This document shows, piece by piece, positions 55,184 to 63,855 of a stretch of 64,000 nucleotides of DNA. This stretch comes from Pseudomonadota bacterium (GTDB taxonomy: Bacteria; Bdellovibrionota_B; Oligoflexia; Oligoflexales; CAIYRB01): assembly GCA_026390445.1 (NCBI GenBank), contig JAPLFX010000033.1, forward strand, positions 5,731 to 69,730, given 5' to 3'. The notes under the pieces are model-generated. The model saw only the letters and a list, made by a program, of their open reading frames with translations. It made no database searches and had not been told where the DNA came from. The number at the start of each line of letters is the position of its first letter. Position 1 is the first letter of the stretch. The position numbers and the translations under genes were made by a program.

Positions 55184-56077
55184 ATGTCCAAACCAACTTC
55201 TAGTAAAAACTTGAAGCGCCCAGCCGTTAAGACGGCCGCTGTCAAGAAGGCGGCCAATGTGACTAAAAGCAAGAAAGCTCCGAAGAAAACCACGAGCAAA
55301 GCCGTCGCGAAGAAACCCGCTCCTGCGAAAAAGCCACCGGCAAAAGTCGCAGCCGCCCCAGCGGCAAAAGCCAAGACCCCCGAGAAGAAAATCGCACCCG
55401 TTAAAAAAGCGACAGCGGCTCCCGTCCCTCCAGCAAAGGACAGCAAAAAGGCGCCGCCCGCTCCACCAGCTGCCGCTAAAGGCAGCGCTAAGAAAGAGAT
55501 TGAGGAAAAGGTCGTGCGTGGATCTGCAGCGGTTAGCAAGAAGTCGAATCAATCAGCAAGTGACGGCCGCCCAGGCGCCGTTGCCACAGCCGCCGCCAAG
55601 CCTGTGCTGCCACCCCTGCGCGTCGAGCCGAAAATCATCGAAACGCCGCAACCGGAATTCGTGCAGCGCTCGCCAGACGAAACCTTGTTTACGACGGAAG
55701 AGCTCGATAACTTCCGCGTTCAGCTGTTCACTGAGCGCAACAAGATCCTGCAGAAGGCCCGCAAGGCCATGGAGCAGGGCAACATCCAAATCGACAAAAA
55801 CGAAATGATGGACGAAGTCGATCAGGCTTCGGCTATGGTCGAGCAAAACCTAACCTTCCGCCTTCTCGACCGCGACAGAAAATTGCTCAGCGAAATCGAT
55901 CACGCCCTGGCCAAAATCGACAGCGGCGACTACGGCTACTGCGAAGGCACGGGCGAGCCGATTCCTAAGCGTCGCCTCGACCTGCGTCCGTGGTGCCGTC
56001 ACAGCGTGAAATACAAAGAAAAGCTGGAGAGGATGAAGAAATCAGGTCGGGGCGTCGTCGACGAGGACGAAGTCTAA
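55184..56077 (+). CDS. DksA/TraR-family protein with about 110-aa N-terminal Lys/Ala/Pro-rich (histone H1-like) extension
   Basis: The C-terminal 150 aa align to DksA: DEVDQAS (DxxDxA tip) and GDYGYCEGTGEPIPKRRLDLRPWCRHS. The N-terminus is KKAANVTKSKKAPKKTTSKAVAKKPAPAKKPPAKVAAAPAAKAKTPEKK... Confidence 0.85.
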   Translation: MSKPTSSKNLKRPAVKTAAVKKAANVTKSKKAPKKTTSKAVAKKPAPAKKPPAKVAAAPAAKAKTPEKKIAPVKKATAAPVPPAKDSKKAPPAPPAAAKGSAKKEIEEKVVRGSAAVSKKSNQSASDGRPGAVATAAAKPVLPPLRVEPKIIETPQPEFVQRSPDETLFTTEELDNFRVQLFTERNKILQKARKAMEQGNIQIDKNEMMDEVDQASAMVEQNLTFRLLDRDRKLLSEIDHALAKIDSGDYGYCEGTGEPIPKRRLDLRPWCRHSVKYKEKLERMKKSGRGVVDEDEV

Positions 56078-56086
56078 ACTTAAGCG

Positions 56087-57445
56087 CTAGGAACAGGCCT
56101 TCACCGTCGTTGTCGCACTCGGCGGTGAGCCTGCGTTTAGCTTAGCATACGAATCACACATCGCCTGAATCTGCGCCTTGGATGCTGTCTTATCGACTCC
56201 GCTCGCCGCCGCCTTATCCGATGCCGCCTGGATTTGCGAGCCGATATTCTTCGATAGATTTTGAATCATCTGGGCCTTAAACCCGGCGGTGTTGTTGACG
56301 ACATTGGCCGCGCCGAGTTCTTTGCCCAGACCCGAGATGGTGTTAAAAGCTTTGGTAATGCTGTCTTGCAGCTTTGGCGGGATACCTGCCAATCGACCAA
56401 AGCCGAGCGAAACGGCATTTAAATCCTGCAGCGTCGCCTGCACCATGGAGCCAGTTTCTGTCGTGTTGAAGACTTTACCCACAGCATTCTTGACCTCAAG
56501 AACCTGGCCGGCAAATGCTTTAAACTCATCAACCGTCGTCAAGGACTTGGTGTTTATCGACGTACTGACCGCTGTCAAACTTGGCGAGCCCTTTTTTGCC
56601 GCGTTTGCCGGCGTCGTATACAGGATCACCGGCTGAAAAACCAGGGCCTCAGAGAGGTGGGCTAGGACCCAAAGAAAGTGTGCCTTCGCAGCATTTTCTC
56701 TTGGGAATGGCGTCGCGGTGCAATCAGCCCCACTCTCACGCGCTTCGGTTTTGACCTTCACGTCGTCATCGACAAAGCGACAGACATCTTTGATCGCCGT
56801 GTTGATCGTGTTGAGAACCGCAATCTTAGAGCGCAGATCATCGTTGACCAAAGCCGGAACAACTAGTGCATTGTCAGTGACAAAAAGCTGTGGCGCGACA
56901 TCGCCGTTATCACTTTTACCAAAAATATGTGCGTTAAGAAGCGCCTTATCCGCGTCGCTGACCGTCACCAACGAACTCATACTCGCGAGAATACCCGCAG
57001 CATCGGACGCCGACGCCGCTGCGGTCGTATCTGGCTCCGCGGCTGTGGTCGCCGCTGCCGCTAAATTCGTACTAGTGGTGCCCGAAGCTTTAGTCGTAGG
57101 CGACAGGGCAACCAACTTGCGAGCGATCGTAAACGCGTCGACGCCACCTTGCGACAAATGGATAAAACCAAGCAAGATCGCAGCACTTTCGTTTTCAGGA
57201 TTGCGCTCCGTGAGTTTACGCGCAAGTGATTCGGCGCGGGCAAAATCTCCCGCGTCGAAGGCCGCTTGACTCTCGACCATAAGAGAATCGCCGCCATTGT
57301 CTTCCTTGCCCCAAATCTTGTTGACGTTGCTCCCGCTGCCACAAGCATACGAGCCAATGACGGTCGCGAGTAACACCAAGGCTCGAACTGACTTCGACGA
57401 AACCAACAACTGATTCTTTGCGCTATCCAACATGGGAAACCTCAT
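56087..57445 (-). CDS. Lipoprotein, unknown function (one TPR-like segment)
   Basis: Lipobox VIGSYACGS. 452 aa, Ala/Thr/Ser-rich. The region AFDAGDFARAESLARKLTERNPEN is TPR-like. Confidence 0.6.
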   Translation of the reverse strand: MRFPMLDSAKNQLLVSSKSVRALVLLATVIGSYACGSGSNVNKIWGKEDNGGDSLMVESQAAFDAGDFARAESLARKLTERNPENESAAILLGFIHLSQGGVDAFTIARKLVALSPTTKASGTTSTNLAAAATTAAEPDTTAAASASDAAGILASMSSLVTVSDADKALLNAHIFGKSDNGDVAPQLFVTDNALVVPALVNDDLRSKIAVLNTINTAIKDVCRFVDDDVKVKTEARESGADCTATPFPRENAAKAHFLWVLAHLSEALVFQPVILYTTPANAAKKGSPSLTAVSTSINTKSLTTVDEFKAFAGQVLEVKNAVGKVFNTTETGSMVQATLQDLNAVSLGFGRLAGIPPKLQDSITKAFNTISGLGKELGAANVVNNTAGFKAQMIQNLSKNIGSQIQAASDKAAASGVDKTASKAQIQAMCDSYAKLNAGSPPSATTTVKACS

Positions 57446-57472
57446 CTAAATACACTTTAGTGAATAGATCGT

Positions 57473-57766
57473 TCAGTCGGTAAAAAAGATAATGTCCTCA
57501 TCTGGCTCGGTGACGTGATACTTGTCGCGAAGCACCTTCTTTGCGTAGCTGGGTGATTTACGGATTCTCTCAATCTCACCCGCGAGTTCATCGTTTTCCT
57601 GGCGCAGGCCCGCAACGGTTTGACTCAGGACCTGGTGACTCTTCTTCAGGTCGAAGTACCCGCCAATTGAGCTACCACCGCGCAGGATCCCCGAGACGAC
57701 CACGCCGAATCCCGCCGTCAGCAGCAAGACGAGGACGCCATGGTGAACATGTAGCCGAAAGGCCAT
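57473..57766 (-). CDS. ftsB: Septum formation initiator (FtsB/DivIC family)
   Basis: 97 aa. An N-terminal TM is followed by the coiled coil LRQENDELAGEIERIRKSPSYAKKVLRDKYHV. Confidence 0.75.
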   Translation of the reverse strand: MAFRLHVHHGVLVLLLTAGFGVVVSGILRGGSSIGGYFDLKKSHQVLSQTVAGLRQENDELAGEIERIRKSPSYAKKVLRDKYHVTEPDEDIIFFTD

Positions 57767-57860
57767 CGCAATGATCCCGGAATTGTTTCGGTGGAGTTTA
57801 AAAAAACTGGAGGGGTCTTAGCATATTATAACACAGCCAAAGCCTTTGGCGAGGGGGCCC

Positions 57861-57888
57861 TAAAGTTTTACCGGGATTGTGCCGATAA
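57861..57888 (+). promoter_or_regulatory. Sigma-28 (FliA)-type promoter, near-perfect consensus
   Basis: TAAAGTTT (57861-57868), a 12-nt spacer, then GCCGATAA (57881-57888). Both boxes match the consensus 8/8; the spacer is 1 nt longer than the N11 optimum. It lies about 27 nt upstream of the ORF start at 57915. Confidence 0.65.
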
Positions 57889-57914
57889 GGTCCTAAGGGC
57901 GAGAGCAACGCAAA

Positions 57915-58604
57915 ATGCCGCGATGGACTCAGGTGAAGCTCGTGAAAAACAAACTATTTTTGAATTTTTTATTAGTAGTGCCCGTGATCACGGCCATTGG
58001 TTGCGCCGGTAGTTCACCTAGGGCGGTGCCGGTTGGTCCGGTACCAAATGCCAATGGCGTGCCGGCGACTGGAGATCAGACGCTAGGCAAGGGTAAAAGC
58101 CCGGCGGACGATTCTGACCCGTTTAGCAGCACAGGTGGCGCCGGAGATCCAGGCACCAAAACCATAAAGACGGGGTCAGACCCCGCAACGTCCGCAGCAT
58201 CAACTGGGACACAGCCCCCACCTGCTGGGACGAAGACAACGACAACAGGTACCCCAGCCGGGCCAGCAACACCGCCAGCAACACCGCCAGCAACATCGCC
58301 AGCGACGCCGCCAGCGACACCGCCAGCGACGCCTCCGGCGGCGCCCGCCAATTGCACGGCAAACTATGCTCTTGGCTATGGCGACCCCTATCAAAGCAAT
58401 GGCACCGGCCCTTGGCTGGCTAAAAACAAAAGCGACTATACCGAGCCTTGCCTCATCAATGCCCCTACTTGTACGGCGCAAGACGGCTTAGGCTATGGCA
58501 CGAAGTTCGCCCACGGTAAACTCTGGCTAGCGAAGCTGACCGATGCCAACAAGGGCATCGAAGACGTCTGCATCATCACCAAGCTGACCGGCACTAGTGG
58601 GTGA
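57915..58604 (+). CDS. Lipoprotein with (P-A-T-P)n linker and duplicated Cys-containing C-terminal motif
   Basis: Lipobox VITAIGCAG. PATPPATPPATSPATPPATPPATPPAAP linker. Two C-terminal repeats: ALGYGDPYQSNGTGPWLAKNKSDYTEPCLI and GLGYGTKFAHGKLWLAKLTDANKGIEDVCII. GTG 57933 is an alternative start. Confidence 0.65.
   Translation: MPRWTQVKLVKNKLFLNFLLVVPVITAIGCAGSSPRAVPVGPVPNANGVPATGDQTLGKGKSPADDSDPFSSTGGAGDPGTKTIKTGSDPATSAASTGTQPPPAGTKTTTTGTPAGPATPPATPPATSPATPPATPPATPPAAPANCTANYALGYGDPYQSNGTGPWLAKNKSDYTEPCLINAPTCTAQDGLGYGTKFAHGKLWLAKLTDANKGIEDVCIITKLTGTSG
58263..58334. repeat. Six tandem copies of a 12-bp unit (ccagcRacRccg)
   Basis: Counted directly: 58263, 58275, 58287, 58299, 58311 and 58323 each start a ccagc(a/g)ac(a/g)(c/t)c(g/t) unit. 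It is in-frame and encodes PATP repeats. Confidence 0.9.
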
Positions 58605-60777
58605 TATGGCGAGCCGTGACCTTGCGTAGGCCGAACTCCTGAAAGCGCACGACGGCCTTAAGCACGGTATGTTCGATCACTAATTCTTCGACGGTGCCTC
58701 TACCGTAGGTCGGATGCCCAACCCACTGGCCGACTGCGACCTGCGTAACGGGCTGGCTATGTTCCGGAGCCGCATCGTATTCATAGCGCAGGCTTTGATC
58801 ACCGTCGTAGCCGTAGGCAGCCGAATGCGCTACATGGCTCGCTTCGGCGGCTGTGACTGGCGCGAAGTGCTGATGCGGAATTTCGGTGAGAAAGCGCGAC
58901 GGACGATTCGCCGCCCAGGTATTAAACGTCCGCCGCCTATGGGCTCCAACGAGCGACAACTTCTCCTTTGCCCGAGTCATGCCGACATAAAACAAGCGGC
59001 GCTCCTCCTCAAGCCCCGCAGTGTCGTCGCTACTACTGCGATGCGGCAGTAGACCCTCCTCCAATCCGACGATAAAGACCCGCGGGAACTCCAGGCCTTT
59101 GGCCGAGTGCAAGGTCATCATCGACACTCCGCCTTTAGCTTCGACCTCGGAGCTGACTAAGGTCACCGACTGCAACCACTCCGCCAAACTCGCCTCAGGA
59201 TTCCCACCGGCAAAGTCGGCGAGCGCCGCGCCAAGCTCATGGATGTTTTCCATTTTGTCTTGCGCCTGTTCCGCATGCTTCTTCTCAACGTAGGCGACAT
59301 AACTCGTCGCCTTTAAGAGACGCTCGAGCACGACTTCAACTGGGGCACTCAGCAGCTCGGTCCGTAGGCGCGCGATTAATCCCGCAAAGCCCGCGAGTTT
59401 AGCCGCTTGCTTATTACCTTCTTTGACCAAGGCCTCGATTGTCGCAAAAAGTGGGAGGCCACGCTTGCTGGCCTCAGCCTCCAGAGTCGACTCGGCCTTT
59501 TTGCCGATGCCGCGAGTCGGGACATTTAAGATCCGCTTGACGCTGACATCGTCGCTTGGATTGATCAAAACGCGGATATAGGCCAGCAGGTCTTTGATTT
59601 CAGCACGATCATAGAACCGTACCGTACCGTAGATTTGATACGGGATATTTTCCCGTCGCAGCGCATCCTCAAGCAGACGTGACTGGCTATTGGTCCGGTA
59701 GAAGATCGCGACATCGGCAAAGGCAAAGCGTGGCTTTTCGTCCTTGATGCAGTCGACCACCCACCAAGCTTCGATTTCATTGTCGGTCTCCAGGCGATAA
59801 TCGATCAGATCACCTGGATCTCTATCCGTAAAGAGCCGTTTACTGACCCGCACCTTGTTATGACTGACCATCGCACTTGCGGCGTCGACAATATGGCCGG
59901 AGCAGCGATAGTTCTGCTCCATGGTGATCCGCTTGGCGCGAGGATAGACCTTGTTGAAGTCGATGATGTTTGACGGGACCGCACCACGCCAGCTGTAGAT
60001 CGACTGGTCATCATCACCGACGACGAACAGATTTTCCCGCTTCTCGGCGAGGCGCGCAATCAATTCAAACTGGGTACGATTGGTATCCTGATACTCGTCC
60101 ACCAAGATGTACTGATAGCGTCGCTGCAAGGTCAGCCGCACCGACTCGTTACGACGTAGCAGCAGCAGCACATTCATCAGCAGGTCGCTGAAGTCCATGG
60201 CATTGCATTTAGCCAAGTATTCCTGGTAGCGCTTATAGACCTCAACCCCGACCGGAGGCATCTGATCGCCGTATTCATGGGACAAGCGCTCATCGCTTGG
60301 CAGCATTGCCATGGTCTTGACGCGGTTGATAGCGGCACGGTAATCCTGAGCCGTATTCTTTTCGTCGAGCTTGATGTTTAACTCGGTCAAGATCGCCTTG
60401 ATCGCAACGAGCTGATCGGAATCATCGTAGATGGTAAAGTCGGCGGTAAAGCCCAGCTCCGGAGCAAACTCGCGCAGCCACCTGGCGCACGCGGAGTGAA
60501 AGGTCGAGATCAAGCAGCGGCCAGCCAAAGGCGTCAATGCCTCAACCCGGTGGCGCATCTCTAACGCCGCCTTATTGGTAAAGGTCACCGCCAGAATCTC
60601 CCAAGGCTTCACGCCTTGTTCGATCAGCCAGGCGATGCGGTGCGTGATGATGCGCGTCTTACCGCTACCGGCACCAGCAAACACCACCAAAGGCCCATCC
60701 AGATGACTCGCGGCCTGCCTTTGCACGTCGTTAAGTCCACTTAGAATCTGTTCGGCCCGCGTCTGTTTAAGTGCCAC
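58594..60777 (-). CDS. uvrD: ATP-dependent DNA helicase, UvrD/PcrA/Rep family
   Basis: Motif I AGAGSGKT, motif II VDEYQDTN, YRC, and the TLHSAKGLEF and VGMTRA motifs. Confidence 0.93.
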   Translation of the reverse strand: MALKQTRAEQILSGLNDVQRQAASHLDGPLVVFAGAGSGKTRIITHRIAWLIEQGVKPWEILAVTFTNKAALEMRHRVEALTPLAGRCLISTFHSACARWLREFAPELGFTADFTIYDDSDQLVAIKAILTELNIKLDEKNTAQDYRAAINRVKTMAMLPSDERLSHEYGDQMPPVGVEVYKRYQEYLAKCNAMDFSDLLMNVLLLLRRNESVRLTLQRRYQYILVDEYQDTNRTQFELIARLAEKRENLFVVGDDDQSIYSWRGAVPSNIIDFNKVYPRAKRITMEQNYRCSGHIVDAASAMVSHNKVRVSKRLFTDRDPGDLIDYRLETDNEIEAWWVVDCIKDEKPRFAFADVAIFYRTNSQSRLLEDALRRENIPYQIYGTVRFYDRAEIKDLLAYIRVLINPSDDVSVKRILNVPTRGIGKKAESTLEAEASKRGLPLFATIEALVKEGNKQAAKLAGFAGLIARLRTELLSAPVEVVLERLLKATSYVAYVEKKHAEQAQDKMENIHELGAALADFAGGNPEASLAEWLQSVTLVSSEVEAKGGVSMMTLHSAKGLEFPRVFIVGLEEGLLPHRSSSDDTAGLEEERRLFYVGMTRAKEKLSLVGAHRRRTFNTWAANRPSRFLTEIPHQHFAPVTAAEASHVAHSAAYGYDGDQSLRYEYDAAPEHSQPVTQVAVGQWVGHPTYGRGTVEELVIEHTVLKAVVRFQEFGLRKVTARHITH

Positions 60778-60819
60778 TGCTCGCCTATCTTCGCCGTCGC
60801 GCCGTACGCCGCCCAGGCT

Positions 60820-62652
60820 TTATTCGACCGTCACCGATTTTGCCAAGTTGCGCGGTTGATCGACGTCTGTGCCGCGCTTCACAGCTATGTAATAAGCTAA
60901 AAGCTGCAAAGGGACCACCGAAAGGATGGCCTGCAAGCCAGGGTCCTCACTGCTCGGACATGCAATAAAGTCGCGTGACAATCGCCGCAACTGGGCGTCA
61001 TCGACGCTGCCAACGCCGATGATCTGGCCCTGGCGCGCCTTGACCTCCTCGATGTTGGACAGCATCTTCTCGTGGTAGGGCCCTTGCGGCGCAATCGCCA
61101 CGACCGGCATGTGTCGATCGATCAACGCGATCGGCCCATGTTTGAGTTCGCCGCCCGCATAGCCTTCGGCGTGAATATAGGAAATCTCCTTGAGCTTAAG
61201 CGCACCTTCTAGAGCGACGGCGTAGCTGGTGCCACGGCCCATAAAAATAAAGTTGTTGGCCTCATAATATTTGTCGGCAAGGGCCTCGATCGCCACTTTG
61301 CCGTCCAGCGCATGATCCATACGCGCTGGGAGCTCACGCATCAAATCACAGGCTAGACGTGCCTGGGCCCGACTTACGAGGCCCTTTTTAACGCCAAAGG
61401 CCAATCCGAACAGATGGTGGGCCAGAAGCATCGCCGTGAAGGCCTTGGTCGAAGCGACGCCGATCTCTGGCCCTGCATCCATATGCAAGGTGACGTGCGC
61501 TTCGCGAGCGATCGACGACATTTTGACATTGCATACCGCCATAATCTGACAGCCAGCCTGCTTGGCTTGCTTGACGGTGGCCAGGGTGTCAGCGGTTTCC
61601 CCGGATTGAGACACGGCTATAAACAGCGTATTTTTGCTAATCCACGGCTTTCGGTAACGGAATTCACTGGCCAGCTCGACGTTGACCGGCAGCTGGACGG
61701 CCGGCTCGATCAGATACTTGCCCAGCAGCGCTGAGTAATAAGCGGTCCCGCACGCGACCATGCAAATCGAGTCGATGCGCCCGAGGTCCAGGGCATTTAA
61801 GCCAAGCTCCTGGTCATTGAAAGTCGCCTTTTCGATATCCACTAAGCGCTTGAGCATGCTGGCCATGACGCGAGGTTGCTCGTGCACCTCTTTCAGCATG
61901 TAGTGCTTAAAGCCCTGCTTTTCCGTGCTTGAGCTGGAAATATCCAATTCGACAAAATCGGGTTCCACGCGTTGTCCCGCAAAGTTCCAGATTTCCACAG
62001 TGTCTGCGGTGATCCGAGCAATCTCACCGTCGTTAAGAAAATGGGCGCGGCTAGTGTGACTCACCAGTGCCATAGCGTCGCTGGCAAAGAAGTATTCCCC
62101 TTTGCCCGCCCCGATCACCAGCGGGGATCCCTGCTTAACAGCATAAATGGCATCGGGCTCCTGGCCCAGGATGATACCCAAGGAAAAGGCCCCGCGTAGT
62201 TGCGGAATCATCGCTAGCACCGCCTTGAACGGATGCTGCAACCGCGCCAGTTCGCGCACGAATAGCTGCAGCACAACCTCGGTATCGGTCTCCGAGGCAA
62301 ACACCACGCCCTCAGATTGGAGCTGCTGTTTCAGCGGCAGATAATTTTCAATGATGCCGTTATGCACGAGGGCGACGTTGGCATGGGTGTGGGGGTGGGC
62401 ATTGACGGTGTTCGGCACGCCATGGGTCGCCCACCGCGTATGACCAATGCCCCGGCTTGCCCCCGGAGGTAACTGGCTCAGCTTGGACTTCAGCTGCACT
62501 AACTTGCCTTCGGCCTTAACGACATGGACCTGGCCATGGTCGGAGACGGCAATACCCGCCGAATCGTAGCCCCGATACTCTAAGCGTGCCAACCCGTCGT
62601 ATAGGATCGGAACGCAATCTTGTTTACCAATATAACCGACGATGCCGCACAT
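60820..62652 (-). CDS. glmS: Glutamine--fructose-6-phosphate aminotransferase
   Basis: MCGIVGYIG (Ntn Cys), two SIS domains, and C-terminal LAKSVTVE. Confidence 0.97.
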   Translation of the reverse strand: MCGIVGYIGKQDCVPILYDGLARLEYRGYDSAGIAVSDHGQVHVVKAEGKLVQLKSKLSQLPPGASRGIGHTRWATHGVPNTVNAHPHTHANVALVHNGIIENYLPLKQQLQSEGVVFASETDTEVVLQLFVRELARLQHPFKAVLAMIPQLRGAFSLGIILGQEPDAIYAVKQGSPLVIGAGKGEYFFASDAMALVSHTSRAHFLNDGEIARITADTVEIWNFAGQRVEPDFVELDISSSSTEKQGFKHYMLKEVHEQPRVMASMLKRLVDIEKATFNDQELGLNALDLGRIDSICMVACGTAYYSALLGKYLIEPAVQLPVNVELASEFRYRKPWISKNTLFIAVSQSGETADTLATVKQAKQAGCQIMAVCNVKMSSIAREAHVTLHMDAGPEIGVASTKAFTAMLLAHHLFGLAFGVKKGLVSRAQARLACDLMRELPARMDHALDGKVAIEALADKYYEANNFIFMGRGTSYAVALEGALKLKEISYIHAEGYAGGELKHGPIALIDRHMPVVAIAPQGPYHEKMLSNIEEVKARQGQIIGVGSVDDAQLRRLSRDFIACPSSEDPGLQAILSVVPLQLLAYYIAVKRGTDVDQPRNLAKSVTVE

Positions 62653-62655
62653 AGT

Positions 62656-63714
62656 TTAGGCCTCCGCCTGGATCCGCACCGTATGGGGAGGCACATGCTC
62701 ACCGGATGGGACCACGATATTTTTGAGGATCGACCCAGCACCGATCACACAGCCACTGCCGATCCGGGTGGCCCCCGAAAGGTGGCAGCCCGCAGCCACC
62801 AAGGTGTCGCTGCCAACCTCGACGCCCGGCTCGACATAGATCGTTTCGGGCAGCTGCAGGCCAACCCCGGCGGCGAGCAGGGCCTGACGTTTCCGTTGGA
62901 TCATATTGGCTTCCACTGCTGCCAGCTGCGCCCGATCATTGATGCCGGCAAACTGCTCGCTCTGGCTAGCTACGTGCGCCAGCACTCGATGCCCCTGCGA
63001 CCTGGCAAGTTTGACGCAGTCGGTCAGATAATACTCAGCCTGGGCATTCTGGGGCTGTAGGCCCGGCAGCAGGGCAAAGAGCAGCTGCTTGTCGACAAGG
63101 TAAATGCCGGTATTGCATATATCGATGCTCCGCGTCGCCGCGTCAGCATCCTTCTCTTCGGTAATGTCCAGCAGCTCGCCGCCACTGATGCGCATGCGGC
63201 CGTAGCCCGTCGGGTCGACCATCTGCATGCCGAGAACCGCCATGGGCACAGCGCTGGCCTTCGCGGCCGCAATAAACGCCCGCAGCGAGGCCGCTTGAAC
63301 TCCTGGGACATCGCCGGCCATGATCAGCACATAAGAACACTCGACCGGCTGCCCTTGCGCAGCATATCCAGCCGCGAACGGTGGTGGCTGGACTCCAGCA
63401 AAGGACCACGCGGCTGCGGCCACGGCGTCGCCGGTGCCCTGCCGGTTGCGCTGCACCGCTACGTTGAGATCCGGCCAGGTCGCCAAAAACGGTGCAAAGC
63501 CGTCTCTATCCTCGCTTAAAACCAGGCAAACTCTGGCGATACCGGCGTCATCCAGACAGCGCAGCGTCCATTCCAGCATCGGCCGACCTGCGACCTCATG
63601 CAGCACCTTCGGCAAGGCGCTGCGCATCCGCGTGCCTTTACCCGCTGCCAGGACTAAACCGGCCACACTACTGGCAGCCGCATGTGTTCGTGCACTGCTC
63701 ACGACGCCCCTCAA
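62656..63714 (-). CDS. glmU: GlmU-like N-acetylglucosamine-1-phosphate uridyltransferase with truncated left-handed beta-helix domain
   Basis: LVLAAGKGTRMRSALPKVLH, QGTGDAV, GYGR and EYYLTD match the GlmU N-domain. Only about 60 aa of hexapeptide repeats follow the linker helix before the stop, 3 nt before glmS. Confidence 0.85.
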   Translation of the reverse strand: MRGVVSSARTHAAASSVAGLVLAAGKGTRMRSALPKVLHEVAGRPMLEWTLRCLDDAGIARVCLVLSEDRDGFAPFLATWPDLNVAVQRNRQGTGDAVAAAAWSFAGVQPPPFAAGYAAQGQPVECSYVLIMAGDVPGVQAASLRAFIAAAKASAVPMAVLGMQMVDPTGYGRMRISGGELLDITEEKDADAATRSIDICNTGIYLVDKQLLFALLPGLQPQNAQAEYYLTDCVKLARSQGHRVLAHVASQSEQFAGINDRAQLAAVEANMIQRKRQALLAAGVGLQLPETIYVEPGVEVGSDTLVAAGCHLSGATRIGSGCVIGAGSILKNIVVPSGEHVPPHTVRIQAEA

Positions 63715-63855
63715 TCTTGTTGCTCAACCTCAAGTACTAACACATCTGGGTCCTTGCAGCGAGTCCGTGCCAGACCTCCGAGAAAATCCTTTGCAGGGCC
63801 TATCGATGCGACTAGAGTGAAGCGGGCTTCTGCGACGAAGGATGAGGGATAAAGC

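Noticed and set aside
55049-55552. Minus-strand ORFs 55049..55552 and 55150..55539
   Set aside because: They are antisense to the Lys/Ala/Pro-rich part of the DksA-like gene. The codon repetitiveness keeps the reverse frames open, and their sequences are Gly/Ala/Phe/Leu low complexity.
58076-58481. Minus-strand ORFs over the 12-bp repeat (58076..58357, 58123..58362, 58200..58481)
   Set aside because: They are reverse-frame artefacts of the tandem repeat (GGVAGGVAG / RRWRC repeats).
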